Under the pieces are notes generated by a model, which saw nothing but the letters and a program-made list of their open reading frames with translations, had not been told where the DNA came from and did no database searches. Shown here piece by piece: positions 51,157-64,000 of a DNA stretch of 64,000 nucleotides. Both the position numbers and the translations under genes were made by a program. The DNA lies in the NCBI GenBank assembly GCA_043228905.1, contig JBHGNT010000002.1, forward strand, positions 21,080,001-21,144,000, read 5' to 3'. Position 1 is the first letter of the stretch. The number at the start of each line of letters is the position of its first letter. Source of the stretch: Azolla caroliniana (Eukaryota; Plantae; Polypodiophyta).

Positions 51157-51810
51157 CAAACAAGGTTCTCTACACCATGACAACGAGATCTCAACGCTTG
51201 AGCCATAGAATATCTTTGGTCCATGCTATGAAAGACCACTATTCTCCACAAGCTCGTTTTGGTCAACTTTTGCGAAATCCTTCACCATTTTCTCCAATTG
51301 TTTGAACCTAAATGGTTAATCATCATAAGAAGATCCGACCATATATAAATCGTATGGAATATCCACAATGAGTAACGTGTACTGCTTGTTTGGCAACTTC
51401 TGGATCATCTTCGGCACATCACCATAGTACACATTATAATACAATTCTTGGGTGATATCATTTTTGTGGCTAAACTTCTTGAAAGTTCCGTAATCGTCCA
51501 CATCGAATGCCTTCATTAAGCACCGATTGTTTTGTTTCTGTGCTCTTTCAAGATGGGCAAGAAAGGAAGTTGGAAAATCATGTTTGTCTTTGACTTCTCC
51601 AGGCTTCTTGCTATGACATGGTTTCTATGTGAAACAACAAAAGAAGTAACTCATACATTGTTCACATATGTAATAAACTAGAATGGAAAATTTCAAATAT
51701 GTAATACTAACCCAATCCTTAAAAGCAATAAAATTTTCCGATAACTCCTTGTATGAAGATGTAATCGAATACTCTTCAGTCACTTGTTCTCATGTTAAGC
51801 AACCAAGTGT
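51157..51810 (-). pseudogene. Beta-class DNA methyltransferase-like N-terminal half, copy in unit B
   Basis: Same as 33977-34630. DIPY at 51363-51352, intron 51711-51625. Confidence 0.7.
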
Positions 51811-51919
51811 TGCCGGTTAGGAACATGGCCTACCCTTAGTCCTTCGGGGTACGTATCAAGGTGATCGTGGTACAGGGCAGGAAATTGCATAGCGTGTGGA
51901 ACGTAGTGAGTTAGAGCAT

Positions 51920-52187
51920 TGTGGTGAAAATACGACGAGGATACGTGAACTTGAGGTAGGACCCCAGGGCTTCCGACCAAAGGATATGAGATTCATGCGT
52001 TTATACTTTTAACAATTAATGGAAATGAGAAAATATTGTAATTTTTCATTAGCCAAGGAAAAGAAAATTACAATATTTCTCATTTCCATTAATTGTTAAA
52101 AGTATAAACAGATGAATCTCATATCCTTTGGTCGGAGGACCCGGGGTCCTACCTCAAGTTCACGACACTCGTCGTATTTTCGCAACA
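51920..52187. repeat. Fold-back LTR inverted repeat (unit B copy) standing in place of the 5' LTR of the downstream Gypsy
   Basis: Same structure as 34740-35002. PBS TGGTGAACCCGACGTGAA at 52192-52209. Confidence 0.9.
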
Positions 52188-55100
52188 TCGTTGGTGAACC
52201 CGACGTGAAACAAGGCGGTAGGAGGATATCAAGTGCGATGATGGCTTCGACAAGCGGAACTCAAGGAGAGGAATTAACGAAAGGCATGGTGTTCGTCGTG
52301 GAATACATGCTGAAGGTGAGAGATCGGGAGGCTTTAATCGACAAAGATGTTGATTGAACGGTGGAGATAGTTGGATGGTTTGGTGGCAAGAATATCACAG
52401 ATCTGCTTGCTACCTATCTAAACGAGATGTAGCAGAGGGATGTCAATGATCTCAAACAAATTTCTAGCTTTAAACGTGTGGTGGAACCAGGGATCTGTGA
52501 GCGCATAATGGAGATCTAAAACGAGCACACAACTTGGGCAGAGTTCGAAAATTTGGTTCTTGCTGAATACATGCTTGAAGATGCGTCAAGGATGACTCGA
52601 CATACACTAATGATTTGGATCGAGAAGAAAGGGAATAATCTGTGTGCGGCAGGAGTATATGCGGAATTTGACCAAAAGTACAACTGACTTCTGAGTGCGG
52701 ATCAACGAGTTCTCGAAAGAGATAAAGTCCTGCTGTTCTTGAAGGTGGTGGATATGAAAGAACGGCGAGAATTGGGCAGCCTTTTGGAGGTTGAAATGCA
52801 ACCAAATGGCTTGGTAGCGGATTGGGCGGCGGTGAAGAAGACTTGTAGCCGTCTTGATAAGCATCAACAATGGTTAGAGGAGACTGATGTGGAGAATCCA
52901 CAATCGTGGAGGACGATGCCTACAATGATCGAGCCGAGCAAGCTGATCAACAATTTCGACAAGAAAGCGATGGAGGAATCTATAATCGAAGAACTCTCCA
53001 AGAAGTTTGAAGCTGTATCACTAGCCAACTTAGGTCGACGCGGGCCCAAGGGCAACATGATCCACTCGAGTGAGACCCGGAAGCCACTTCGAGTGATCTT
53101 CGGAAGAGGCTTTAGATAGTCATGTCGACCTTACTTTGAGAGAACTACTTGGGATCGCGAAGAAGGAGTTCCATGATACTATCGTGGACCTTATTAAGTG
53201 GAAGCGGTAACAATATGATGAAGGGGAGATGAAAACAAGTGCCATAACCATGACAAGATCGAAAGAGGAGGAGGAAGAAGAAGTGGTGGGAGATAGCCAT
53301 TACTCTCAACCTCATTGGCCAAGAGCGACAACGGAGATGCCGGTGAAGATCGAGGAGAAGAAAGAGACCGTGGTGGCCTTGATTGACCATGGCTTGGAGA
53401 TCAACCACATGTCGACCGAGTTCTACAAGAAAGTAAGATGGACGATTAATACAAACCACAGATGGAGGATTTCAGTGGCAACGAAGGCCACATGGACTTG
53501 TACGTAGCTTGCCCCAATGTTAAGGTCACGATCAGGGATGTGGAGATTGATCAACACTTCTTCGTGCAAGACTCGGCTTTGCATCCTGTCATCCTAGGAC
53601 AACCGTATATAACATCGTCCCGGATGGAGACCAAGGTGTTCGATAATGGAGTAGCCTTTGCGTGAGTCAAGAGTCTTGATAGTGAAAGATCTGTTCAACT
53701 CCTGATGGTGCCAGCTAATCACGAAAGGAACTGAGATAGCCTTGGAGGTGAATCCTCGGATTTTTAAAGCGAACTATTGACACGTGGCCCACAAATAGTC
53801 TGAGCAATCAAAAATCTCCACAAGGAAGCAAAGACCGTGGATTGCAAGGAGAAGCAACATGCGTCACACCTAGGGCACATGTAAACTAACACTACTCAAC
53901 CAGAAGGACAAGCATTGGATACAAGACTCCAAGAAGGTGCTAGACGAAGAAAGCATAATCGAAGAAGAAGAATTCCTATCTCATATTCTGGAGGAAGCCT
54001 CATTTAACAACACCATCGGTGAAATAGAGGAAGTCATGGACTTGAGCTATCCACTCTGGATACGATCAATTCCAGTTGGCAATCAACGGTCGTGACATTA
54101 CAACCATGAGGACTCCGATCGGGCTTGTGCGGATGTGTACCTTACCTCAAGGTGCAATGAACTTGGTGGCTCATATGGTGAATGCCATGAACAAGGTCTT
54201 GAAGGATTGCATCCCAAGCATCACGATGCCATTCTTGGATGACAATCCGAGAAAACGATGTTTGGATGAGGAGAAGGATGAATCGAAAGATAAGGATGGA
54301 TGCAGAAAGTTCGTCATGGATCATATGAAAGATTGCGAGAAGGTGCTCCAAATGCTCAAAGATGCGAATTTGACATTTTCGGAAGAAAAAATCTCATTCG
54401 GGAAACTAGAGATCTTGGTGGTTGGTCACTTGTGTGGAGCATACAGTCAGAAGGCTTCACCATCCAAGGTGAATGCGATCCAAGACATGAAAGAAGAATG
54501 AGTAACCCAAACGGAGGTTCAAAGGTTCCTTGGAGCATGTGTGTTTTATCATATTTGGATTCCACACTACGCCCACATTGTTGAGCCATTGTATGGTCTA
54601 CTAAAGAAGAAGTAGAGGTTCGAATGGATGAGCGAGCATACTTTCTCCATCTGAAGGCTGAAGAAATTATTGATGGAGGCACCTGCATTATGGAAGGCAG
54701 ACTATTCAAACGGCAAGCCCATTTTCGTGACCGTGGATACTAGTCCGACCGGAATTGGATGGGTTGTCAACCAAGAAGACGAAGATTGCAACCGATATGC
54801 AATTCAATTTTGCGCAAAAGTGTTAAGTGATAGGCAAAGAAGGTATGCCCAAGTGAAGAGGGAGCTATTGGGAATTGTATCGGCAATCAAGTCTGATCGT
54901 GACTACCTTATTGGAGGAGAAGTCATAATCGAGACAGATTGCCTACCAATCTTGGGTATGATATGTAGTTGTAGTACACTAGATATTGCCATACTACGTT
55001 GGATTGCATATATCAAATCACTCAACCTAGAGATCCTTCATGTAGCTGGGAAGCGTAACGTCATTGCAGACATACTAGCACGAGAAAGATACGACGGAGA

Positions 55101-58100
55101 AGAAGGGCAAGCCCAATGGACGCCACGAAGAGAGGTTGGAGAAACAAGCATGAAGCCCAATGGATTGAGCCAACCTGCTCAGATGGAAGTTGATGAATCA
55201 GCGAAGAAAGAAGAAGAATAAGTGGCACAGACTTACAAGTTAAGGTTGGACATAGAACAAACAACTAACTTGCAGAAGGTCCTTGAGAAGAAGGCTTTAG
55301 TTAGTCATGTCGACCTTACTTTGAGAGAACTACTTGGGATCGCGAAGAAGGAGTTCCATGATACTATCGTGGACCTTATTAAGTGGAAGCGGCAACAATA
55401 TGATGAAGGGGAGATGAAAACAAGTGCCATAACCATGACAAGATCGAAAGAGGAGGAGGAAGACGAAGTGGTGGGAGATAGCCATTACTCTCAACCTCAT
55501 TGGCCAAGAGCGACAACGGAGATGCCGGTGAAGATCGAGAAGAAGAAAGAGACCGTGGTGGCCTTGATTGACCATGGCTTGGAGATCAACCTCATGTCGA
55601 CCGAGTTCTACAAGAAAGGAAGATGGCCGATTAATACAAACCACGGATGGAGGATTTCAGTGGCAACGAAGGCCACATGGACTTGTACGTAGCTTGCCCC
55701 AATGTTAAGGTCACGATCAGGGATGTGGAGATTGATCAACACTTCTTTGTGCAAGACTCGGCTTTGCATCCTGTCATCCTAGGACAACCGTATATAACAT
55801 CGTCCCGGATGGAGACCAAGGTGTTCGATAATGGAGTAGCCTTTGCGTGAGTCAAGAGTCTTGATAGTGAAAGATCTGTTCAACTCCTGGTGGTGCGAGC
55901 TAATCACGAATGGAACTGAGATAGCCTTGGAGGTGAATCCTCAGATTTTTAAAGCGAACTATTGACGCATGGCCCACAAATAGTCTGAGCAATCAAAAAT
56001 CTCCACAAGGAAGCAAAGACCGTGGATTGCAAGGAGAAGCAACATGCGTCACACCTAGGGCACATGTAAACTAACACTACTCAACCAGAAGGACAAGCAT
56101 TGGATACAAGACTCCAAGAAGGTGCTAGACGAAGAAAGCATAATCGAAGAAGAAGAATTCCTATCTCATATTCTGGAGGAAGCCTCATTTAACAACACCA
56201 TCGGCGAAATAGAGGAAGTCATGGACTTGAGCTATCCTCACAATCAACATGTGATTTCTGTTAACTCTGTCAACATGTATACTATCATTGATGAATATCA
56301 TCGAGGCATCTTGATGGAGGAAGCTGAAGTCACCACAAAATATAAAATGGTGGATAGGAAGATGAAGCCAATTGCAATTCCGCTACCGGAAGATAGCTGG
56401 CAAAAGATGAAGGAAGTTGCAAGAGATCCAAGCTTAAGGAATCCAAAGACAATAGGTCACGTCTTCATTGAAGAGACGAAAGGAAAGGTACAAGTTGGAA
56501 GGGAGGATTTCCTCCCCCTTGAAGAGGAGCGAATGTTCTGCAGAATGCTTGAAAGAATTTGGAATGATGGAATCGGTCTGAGTGTGGATGAATTTGCCAA
56601 GGCGTTTGCGTGCCGGTCCATCTACTCCATTGCTGATCTCTACTCTGGATATGATCAATTCCAGTTGGCGATCAACAGTCGTGACATTACAACCATGAGG
56701 ACTCCGATCGGGCTTGTGCGGATGTGTACCTTACCTCAAGGTGCAATGAACTTGGTGGCTCATATGGTGAATGCCATGAACAAGGTCTTGAAGGATTGCA
56801 TCCCAAGCATCACGATGCCATTCTTGGATGACAATCCGAGAAAACGATGTTTGGATGAGGAGAAGGATGAATCGAAAGATAAGGATGGATGCAGAAAGTT
56901 CGTCATGGATCATATGAAAGATTGCGAGAAGGTGCTTCAAATGCTCAAAGATGCGAATTTGACATTTTCGGAAGAAAAAATCTCATTCGGGAAACTAGAG
57001 ATCTTGGTGGTTGATCACTTGTGTGGAGCATACAGTCAGAAGGCTTCACCATCCAAGGTGAATGCGATCCAAGACATAAAAGAAGAATGAGTAACCCAAA
57101 CGGAGGTTCAAAGGTTCCTTGGAGCATGTGTGTTTTATCATATTTGGATTCCACACTACGCCCACATTGTTGAGCCATTGTATGGTCTACTAAAGAAGAA
57201 GTAGAGGTTCGAATGGATGAGCAAGCATACTTTCTCCGTCTGAAGGCTGAAGAAATTATTGATGGAGGCACCTGCATTATGGAAGGCAGACTATTCAAAC
57301 GGCAAGCCCATTTTCGTGACCGTGGATACTAGTCCGACTGGAATTGGATGGGTTGTCAACCAAGAAGACGAAGATTGCAACCGATATGCAATTCAGTTTT
57401 GCGCAAAAGTGTTAAGTGATAGGCAAAGAAGGTATGCCCAAGTGAAGAGGGAGCTATGGGGAATTGTATCGGCAATCAAGTCTGATCGTGACTACCTTAT
57501 TGGAGGAGAAGTTATAATCGAGACAGATTGCCTACCAATCTTGGGTATGATATGTAGTTGTAGTACACTAGATATTGCCATACTACGTTGGATTGCATAT
57601 ATCAAATCACTCAACCTAGAGATCCTTCATGTAGCTGGGAAGCGTAACGTCATTGCAGACATACTAGCACGAGAAAGATACGACGGAGAAGAAGATCGAC
57701 ATTCTAATGAAGAGGATGTTGGCTTGGATTTCTTTACAAGTTCCTATGCTCGGGTGCTGACTACTTTCATAGAAGAGGACTACGAAGGAGAATTCGTGGT
57801 GATCGGGAAATACTTGAGTTCTCTCCAAAAAGATGAATCATGGTTGACAGAAGACTTCCACCAAATTCGGAAGAAGGGGTACAAGTATTTCCTTAAGGAT
57901 GGAGCTCTTTGGAGGCATGCAAAACAGAAGAATGGGACCCCAATGAGAGTTGTTTGCAAGCTGGAAGACCGACAAAAACTAATGTCTGAATTTCATGACA
58001 ATGTTTTTGTAGGCCATCGAGGAATATGGGCTACATTCGCGAAGCTTAAGGAGAAATATTGGTGGTCGTGCATCTACAAAGATGTAGCAACTTATGTGGA

Positions 58101-60240
58101 AACATGTAAGGAATGATAGATGTTTTCAAATGTTCGCCATCGAGATGAACTTCATCTGACTTACCCGTTGGCTATGCATGACAAGTGGATGGTGGACATC
58201 GTAATGATGCGAATGGGGCGATGGCATATGAAGTATCTTGTGCTCGCGAGAGAGGATCTTACCAATCAAGTTGAAGGGCTAGCATTGAGAATTAAGAAGA
58301 CATCATCAGTATGCAGATTCCTTCTTGGAGATGTTATTTGCAGATGTGGATGCGTCAGCAAGATAGTGGTTGATAGAGGCGAGTTGGATGCCAACGAAGC
58401 TAGAGAATTCTTGTCTAGGATGGGAATCAAATTATCTCTTACCACGGCGTATAATCTGGAAGCGAATGGGAAAGTGGAATGTGGACATGGACTGATTGTG
58501 AAGGCTCTAGTGAGAGCTTGCCATGGGAAAATAGGAGAATGGCCATGTCTATTGCCATTTGCACTATGGGCTGACAGGACTACTCATCGCACGGTGATGG
58601 GATACATGCTGGAAGATCTTATATTCGGTCAGAAGCCGATAATGCCAGTGGAACAGAGTATTACAGTTTCATGGTTTGCATTGCCATGGCAAGATGAGAT
58701 AAGTAGAGAAGATCTTCTAGCATTGAAGATTCACTAGTTGGAGCGGAAGTTGGAAGATATAGAAGTGGCTAAAGCGTGGCAAAAGAATGCAAGGCTGAAA
58801 AACAAGAAAGACTTCGACAAACGACATTGACTTTGTTCGAGGAAAATCGTTGAAGGAGATTGGGTGCTGGTCTACGACAGTAGCCTAGACAACCAACATA
58901 TTACGGCTCGAAAATTTTCACAACGATGGTTTGGACCATGTGCTGAAGAAAGTGGAAAATAATGCAACATATCGTTTAGTAGAACTGGATGGTACACCAC
59001 TTGCTTTGCCAATTGCAAGAAACAGAATCAAGATCTTTAAGAGAAGAGAGGCCCCAAATCTTGAAATCAAAGCTCTAAACGATGTAGCCTCGACCATCGA
59101 GGTTGAAAAAGAGTAATCAAACGAGGAACCTCACCACAATTGGCACATATTGGTGGATGTGCAGGTTTGGTGGGGGTGAATGTCATGTAGTTCTTCACAC
59201 ACGATGTCAAAAAATAGTAAATAATTGTTTTAGATTAATTTAAATGTCTTAGTACAAAAAGATGGACGTCTTCAAGATATCCCACACAGATAGGACAACA
59301 TCGGATCCAATAGTATATAAGGAGGGTCAGAACCTATTTGTTATATCAATGTGTGGAGCATAGAATGTTCAAGGTGATTTGGGCTAGATTGTGTTGATGA
59401 ATGGGTAGAACGACGCACGGGCGCATGCACCGTTCGGAAGGATGCGTGGCTCGGCAATTTGTGACGTACGGCTTGGAGTCTGAATCGCGGGATGGGTGCA
59501 CAGTTCAAAAGGACGTGGGCTCGACGGTTCATTACACACACAGGCACATGCACAGTTCAGAAGGACGCGTGGCTCGGCAATTTGTGACGTACGGCTTGGC
59601 GGCTGAAGCGCGGGATGCGTGCATAGCTCAAAAGGACGTGGGCTCGACGGTTCATTACACACGGCTTGGTGTGGCTCAATTGCGGGATGCACGCACGGCT
59701 CGGTCAGGACAATTGCACGGCTCGAGTCGGTCGGGACGCAAGTACGAATCATGCACGGGCTGAACTTTATGGATGATTGATGCAACTAAAAGTAAAGGCC
59801 ATGCAACTAAAAGTAACGGTCATGCAACTAAAAGTGGGCATGCAAAGGAACATCAAAGGCAAAGATCAACAAAGAACCCCATATATATTTTACTCTCTTC
59901 TTTTCTCCATGGGGGTTGCTCCCTTATCTTATCAAAGCCATAACACTCAAAAACCCTAATTTTTTTATCAGGGCCATAAACCGTAATTTTCTTTACAGAA
60001 GCCATATCTCTCAAAAACCCTAATTTTTCTTTTTTTCTATTAATCTCAGTAAACCTAAAACTTCTGAATCCCAATCTTGGGACATATTGGAATTTTCTTT
60101 CCCTTTGCTAATGAAAAATTACTAAATTTTCTCATTCCCATTAATTGTTAAAAGTATAAACGCACGAATCTAATATCCTCTGTTTGGAGGCCCTGAGGTC
60201 TTGCGTCAAATTCATGTATCCTCATCATATTTTCACGACA
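52188..60240 (+). mobile_element. Gypsy (non-chromovirus) element primed by tRNA-Trp, with internal tandem duplication and 3' LTR 59181-60240
   Basis: The PBS is complementary to the 3' 18 nt of plant tRNA-Trp. gag; PR (ALIDHG); RT (DLYSGYDQ..LPQGA..PFLDD); RH (VTVDTSP..IETDC); IN (GHRG..VVDRGE..YNLEANGKVE); PPT GTGGGGGTGAA. Segment ~53118-55100 is repeated at ~55302-57690. Confidence 0.9.
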
Positions 60241-60650
60241 ATGTGTTTACTAACGGCGTAACACTTGAGACGGCTACAACCGAGCTCCTAGTGTGCGTAA
60301 CCACGCAACTTGTATTCACCTTACACACTTACGTTGATACAGTCACACAGAGACAACAGAGAAGAGACAAGAGATAAGAGACAGAACTTAGAGAAGACCA
60401 AAACTATATTAAACGATTGTGCTTAGTATTGTGCTAGCTCTTTATAATGTTCATATGCCCTTTATATACACAGGGCCTAGTCGGTTACGCTTCCCGCCAG
60501 AACCATTAAACGCGTTACTTCAACGCTTCTATTATAATTAATACGCTTCTTTATCATGAGTTATTTACGTGTGTCCTCTTACGGCAAACAACACATGGCA
60601 CGCCTGTGGGACAATGCCTTGGCATGTCGGACCCCTCCTCCCTTTACTCG
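60241..60650 (-). mobile_element. Possible LTR fragment
   Basis: Minus-strand TATA, CT-rich tract and a polypurine run nearby. No partner found. Confidence 0.25.
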
Positions 60651-60688
60651 TCTTCCAATTTCCATTGAAAATCCTGTTGAAAATGATC

Positions 60689-61745
60689 TGTTTTCAACGG
60701 GAATCCGATGCAGTGCATCGGATTCCCGTTGAAAACACATCATTTTAAATGGAGAAAATCACAATTTGTTTATTTTTAACACTTTTTTAGAGAAAAATAT
60801 AAACAAATAAGAAAATTTTTAAACAAACAAGAAAAAGTGGACTTTCAATGGAAATCCGATGCAGTGCATCAGATTTCCGTTGAAAATCCATTTTTTTCAA
60901 TTCCTATATATTTATTTATGATAAAAACAAAAACAATTCAAAACAAATACAAAAACAAATTCAAAATATCTGAAAAATTGGAAACAAATAAGACAAAATG
61001 GATTTTCAATAGAAATCCGATGTAGTGCATCGGATTTCTGTTGAAAACCCATTTTTTGCAATTTTTTTTTATTTATTTATGGGAAAAAATGAGAAAAAAT
61101 TTAAAAAATACAAAAAAATATTTTAAAATATGAAAATTTGGTAACAAATAGCAAAAAGTGGACTTTCAATAGAAATCCGATGCAATGCATCGGATTTCCT
61201 TTGAAAATTCATTTTTTCAATTTCTATATAGTTATTTATGAGAAAATAGACAAACAAAATAAACAAACAAAAAGTGGATTTTCTACGGAAATCCGATGTA
61301 GTGCATCGGATTTCCATTGAAAATCTGTTTTTTCAATATTTATTTATTTTTTATAGAAAAAATTCAAAAAAATAAAATAAAATAAAGGAAATTTGGAAAA
61401 AAATACGTAAAAGTGGACTTTCAACCAAAATCCGATGCAGTGCATCGGATTTCCGTTGAAAATCCATTTTTTCAATTTTTATTTATTTTTTTATGGGAAA
61501 AATAAAAACAAATTCAAAAACAATTCAAAAAATAAGAAAATTTTCAAAAAAATAAGAGAAATTGGATTTTCAATTGAATCCGATGCACGGAATTGGATTT
61601 CCATTGAAATCTAATTTGTCAATTTTTATTTATTTATTTACGAGTAAAATAAAAAATGTTTATTTATTTATTTATGGGAAAATGTTTTATTTTTTCAATT
61701 TGTATTTATTTATGTATTTTCGGGAAATCCATGCAATGTATCATA
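60689..61745. repeat. Array of 7 or more palindromic ~54-bp units separated by AT-rich spacers
   Basis: Units begin at ~60689, 60837, 60998, 61158, 61274, 61413 and 61563. Consensus TGGA(C/T)TTTCAANGGAAATCCGATGCA-G-TGCATCGGATTTCCNTTGAAAATCCA. Confidence 0.9.
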
Positions 61746-62693
61746 TTTTAGTCGATGTAGCTAGAATTCAATGCAATGCATTAAAATGCAAGAGTATTTT
61801 TTTAATGGAAATTTTTTAAAAATTCCAAGACTTACAGGAATCTGATGCATTATATCCAATTCTAGATGTATAGATTAAAATTCGACATGTTGCATCAAAT
61901 CTAGATGGAATGAATCAGATTTCTGTACGACATCAAAGGCTTACTATGAGAATCTAAGAAAAATGGAAAACATCTTTAAGACATTTTTTAGATTCTAATG
62001 ATTTTGGTAGAAAGCTTCTCTCACATAATCTAATCTTGTAAATGGAAAGTACATAATGAAATATCATAACCAAAAAGTGAGGAGGAAAGATGCATCAAGC
62101 ACATCTACTCTTACATTGGATAATGTTTATATATTAGTGTATGACTTATCTTTGACCAAAACAAGTTATCTGTGACAGACCGCAATGAAGATACTAAAAG
62201 AGGATCTGGAATGTGGCTTCAGACACAACACAAAGACAAAGAAGAAGCATGGCTCATAAACTCGATGAGGTTGGATTGCAATTGGATCAACACAATGCAT
62301 TAGTTGCCATTGATGATGAGGATGAGACCTCATAAACTCATACTAGTTCATCTAATGGGTATGAAGATGATGACATAAACTTGAAAAATGATTGTCCTGA
62401 TACGTTAACGATAAATATTGTATTGCACATCAAGATTTGGATTCAGAATTTCTGTAAATATTGGGGTTAGTCATTTTGGACATTCATTTGTAAGTTTGGC
62501 ATGTCCATTATTTAGGCATTTTTTTGAACACCTAAATTTCTGTACATGTTAAAAATCAATATATTTTTGGGTCATTTTTAAAATTCCTTTACGCATGCAG
62601 CACCCCTTATTGTGAATCACCCTAATTTGTGTCATTTTTTGATGGACAGTTCTCAAAATGGGACATATTACCTGTTTCAAATGTCCTGGTGTT
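61740..62693 (+). mobile_element. DNA transposon 3' end (duplicate of 1-934)
   Basis: Near-identical to 1-934. Confidence 0.75.
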
Positions 62694-64000
62694 AAATGCT
62701 TCTGCAAACTCATTGATACTTAGACCAATCCTAGCATTGCGGATCGTAACTTTATTCACTGGTTGAAGATCTTGTATAAACCTTAAGGTTCCATTCTTCT
62801 TTGGTACCGTGAACCAGTTATTCGAGTAAGGGGCATTTGATGGCTCCAGAATTCCCATCTCAACCTTCTCTTTCAAGAGCTTGATTAATTTTGGAATGTT
62901 CGCTCTTGGGACTGGTATTGGCTTCAAGTTCCACGACACATGTGGTATTGTGAATACCATAATCGGTTTTATCATCCTTGGATTGGTGCATCCTATTTCA
63001 TTTGGATGGAATGCAAATGCTTTCCCATGTCTTTTGAGCATTTCCCAAAATGCGACTTCCTCTTCTAGCAACAAAAAATCATCTTTCTCGGCACGAAACT
63101 TTTCTCTTGTCTCTTTACTGAAGGCATGTCTGATTCCTCTCGGATCCCATAGGCTTGGATCTTGTGCAACTTCATTCATCCTTTGACAACTATCCTCAAA
63201 TAGTGGAATAGCAACATGCTTTACTTTCTTGTCCACTGTTTTGTATTTCGTATTAGCTTCGACATTCTCTGCCATGATACTTTGATTATACTCGTCAATG
63301 GCGACATACATCTCGATGGAGTTTATCTGAATTGATCGCTAGCTACGAGGGCCCAAGTTCACGAAATTCTCCATTCCTCCAATGGTGTTGTTAAATGAGG
63401 CTTCCTCCATAACCCATTCGATGCTTTCATCACTTTCCAATATTTGTTCTTCTCGTAAAGCTTCCTTGAAGCTTTGCATCGGAGACTTCTCTTCTTTGTG
63501 AAACGTGTTGATTTTGCACACTCCATTAGGGGCTACGTACAACCCTCCTTTTGCAAATTCGAACTTTTCTTTCTTCTTGGGGCATACACTTCTTTGGACT
63601 ATTCACACTCCGCTTGCAACCTGAAGCATCTTCTCCGAGACTATCCCGATTCCTTTCATGATTGGCACGTATAGTCAAGAACTGTACGGCCTTCTTCCCA
63701 TCAAGACTCCTTATTCGAGAAAATGCCGCACCATTATCGAACACTTTGGTTTCCATACGGGATGATATTATGTAGAATTTCCCAAGAATGATAGGATGGG
63801 ATGTTGAATCTTGAACAAAAAAATGTTGATCTATCTCGACGTTGCCAATCATCATGGGGATATTAGGACATGCACCATAGAGGTCTTCGGTAGATTTCGT
63901 TGCCGCATGGATCTTCCACCCATGATTCGTATTTATGGGCCATCTTCCCTTTTTGTAGACCTCAGTCGATATACGGTTGATCTTGTACCCATGGTCTATT
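62694..64000 (-). mobile_element. Truncated Gypsy pro-RT remnant (duplicate of 935-2241)
   Basis: ORF 62622-63311 matches ORF 863-1552. Confidence 0.88.

Larger units (their letters stand above)
38148..52224. repeat. Tandem duplication unit B (GLR copy 2)
   Basis: Collinear with 21401-35039. Confidence 0.95.
61740..64000. repeat. Segmental repeat, right copy
   Basis: Matches 1-2241, including the identical transposon/Gypsy junction. Confidence 0.95.

Noticed and set aside
60689-61745. CRISPR array
   Set aside because: The context is eukaryotic with no cas genes. The repeats are long full palindromes and the spacers are low-complexity and related to each other.

Overview
Eukaryotic nuclear DNA from a land plant. 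The Tcn1-type chromovirus and the other TE lineages suggest a non-seed plant such as a fern, lycophyte or bryophyte (inference). The window is mostly nested, decayed LTR retrotransposons (Gypsy, Copia, solo LTRs). The only intact-looking host genes are two tandem, minus-strand, 5-exon glutamate-receptor-like (GLR) genes of about 457 aa each (22323-30528 and 39070-47656). In both, a signal peptide is fused directly to the ligand-binding domain, so the amino-terminal domain is missing. Each has a Copia element in intron 2. The GLRs lie in a ~14-kb duplicated block with a ~17-kb period. The window ends (1-2241 and 61740-64000) are also near-identical, which implies a higher-order ~61.7-kb segmental repeat. 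Between the retroelements are remnants of a DNA transposon family: an HTHDxxDQxFS-type DDE transposase with a BAH-like C-terminus and a shared ~35-bp terminus. Associated with them are intron-containing remnants of bacterial-type beta-class N6A/N4C DNA methyltransferases (DIPY ... QKPxxL ... LDLFSGTGTT), which the ORF track does not show as a unit. Other structures are fold-back LTR hairpins and an array of ~54-bp palindromes. All alignments and counts were done by hand.
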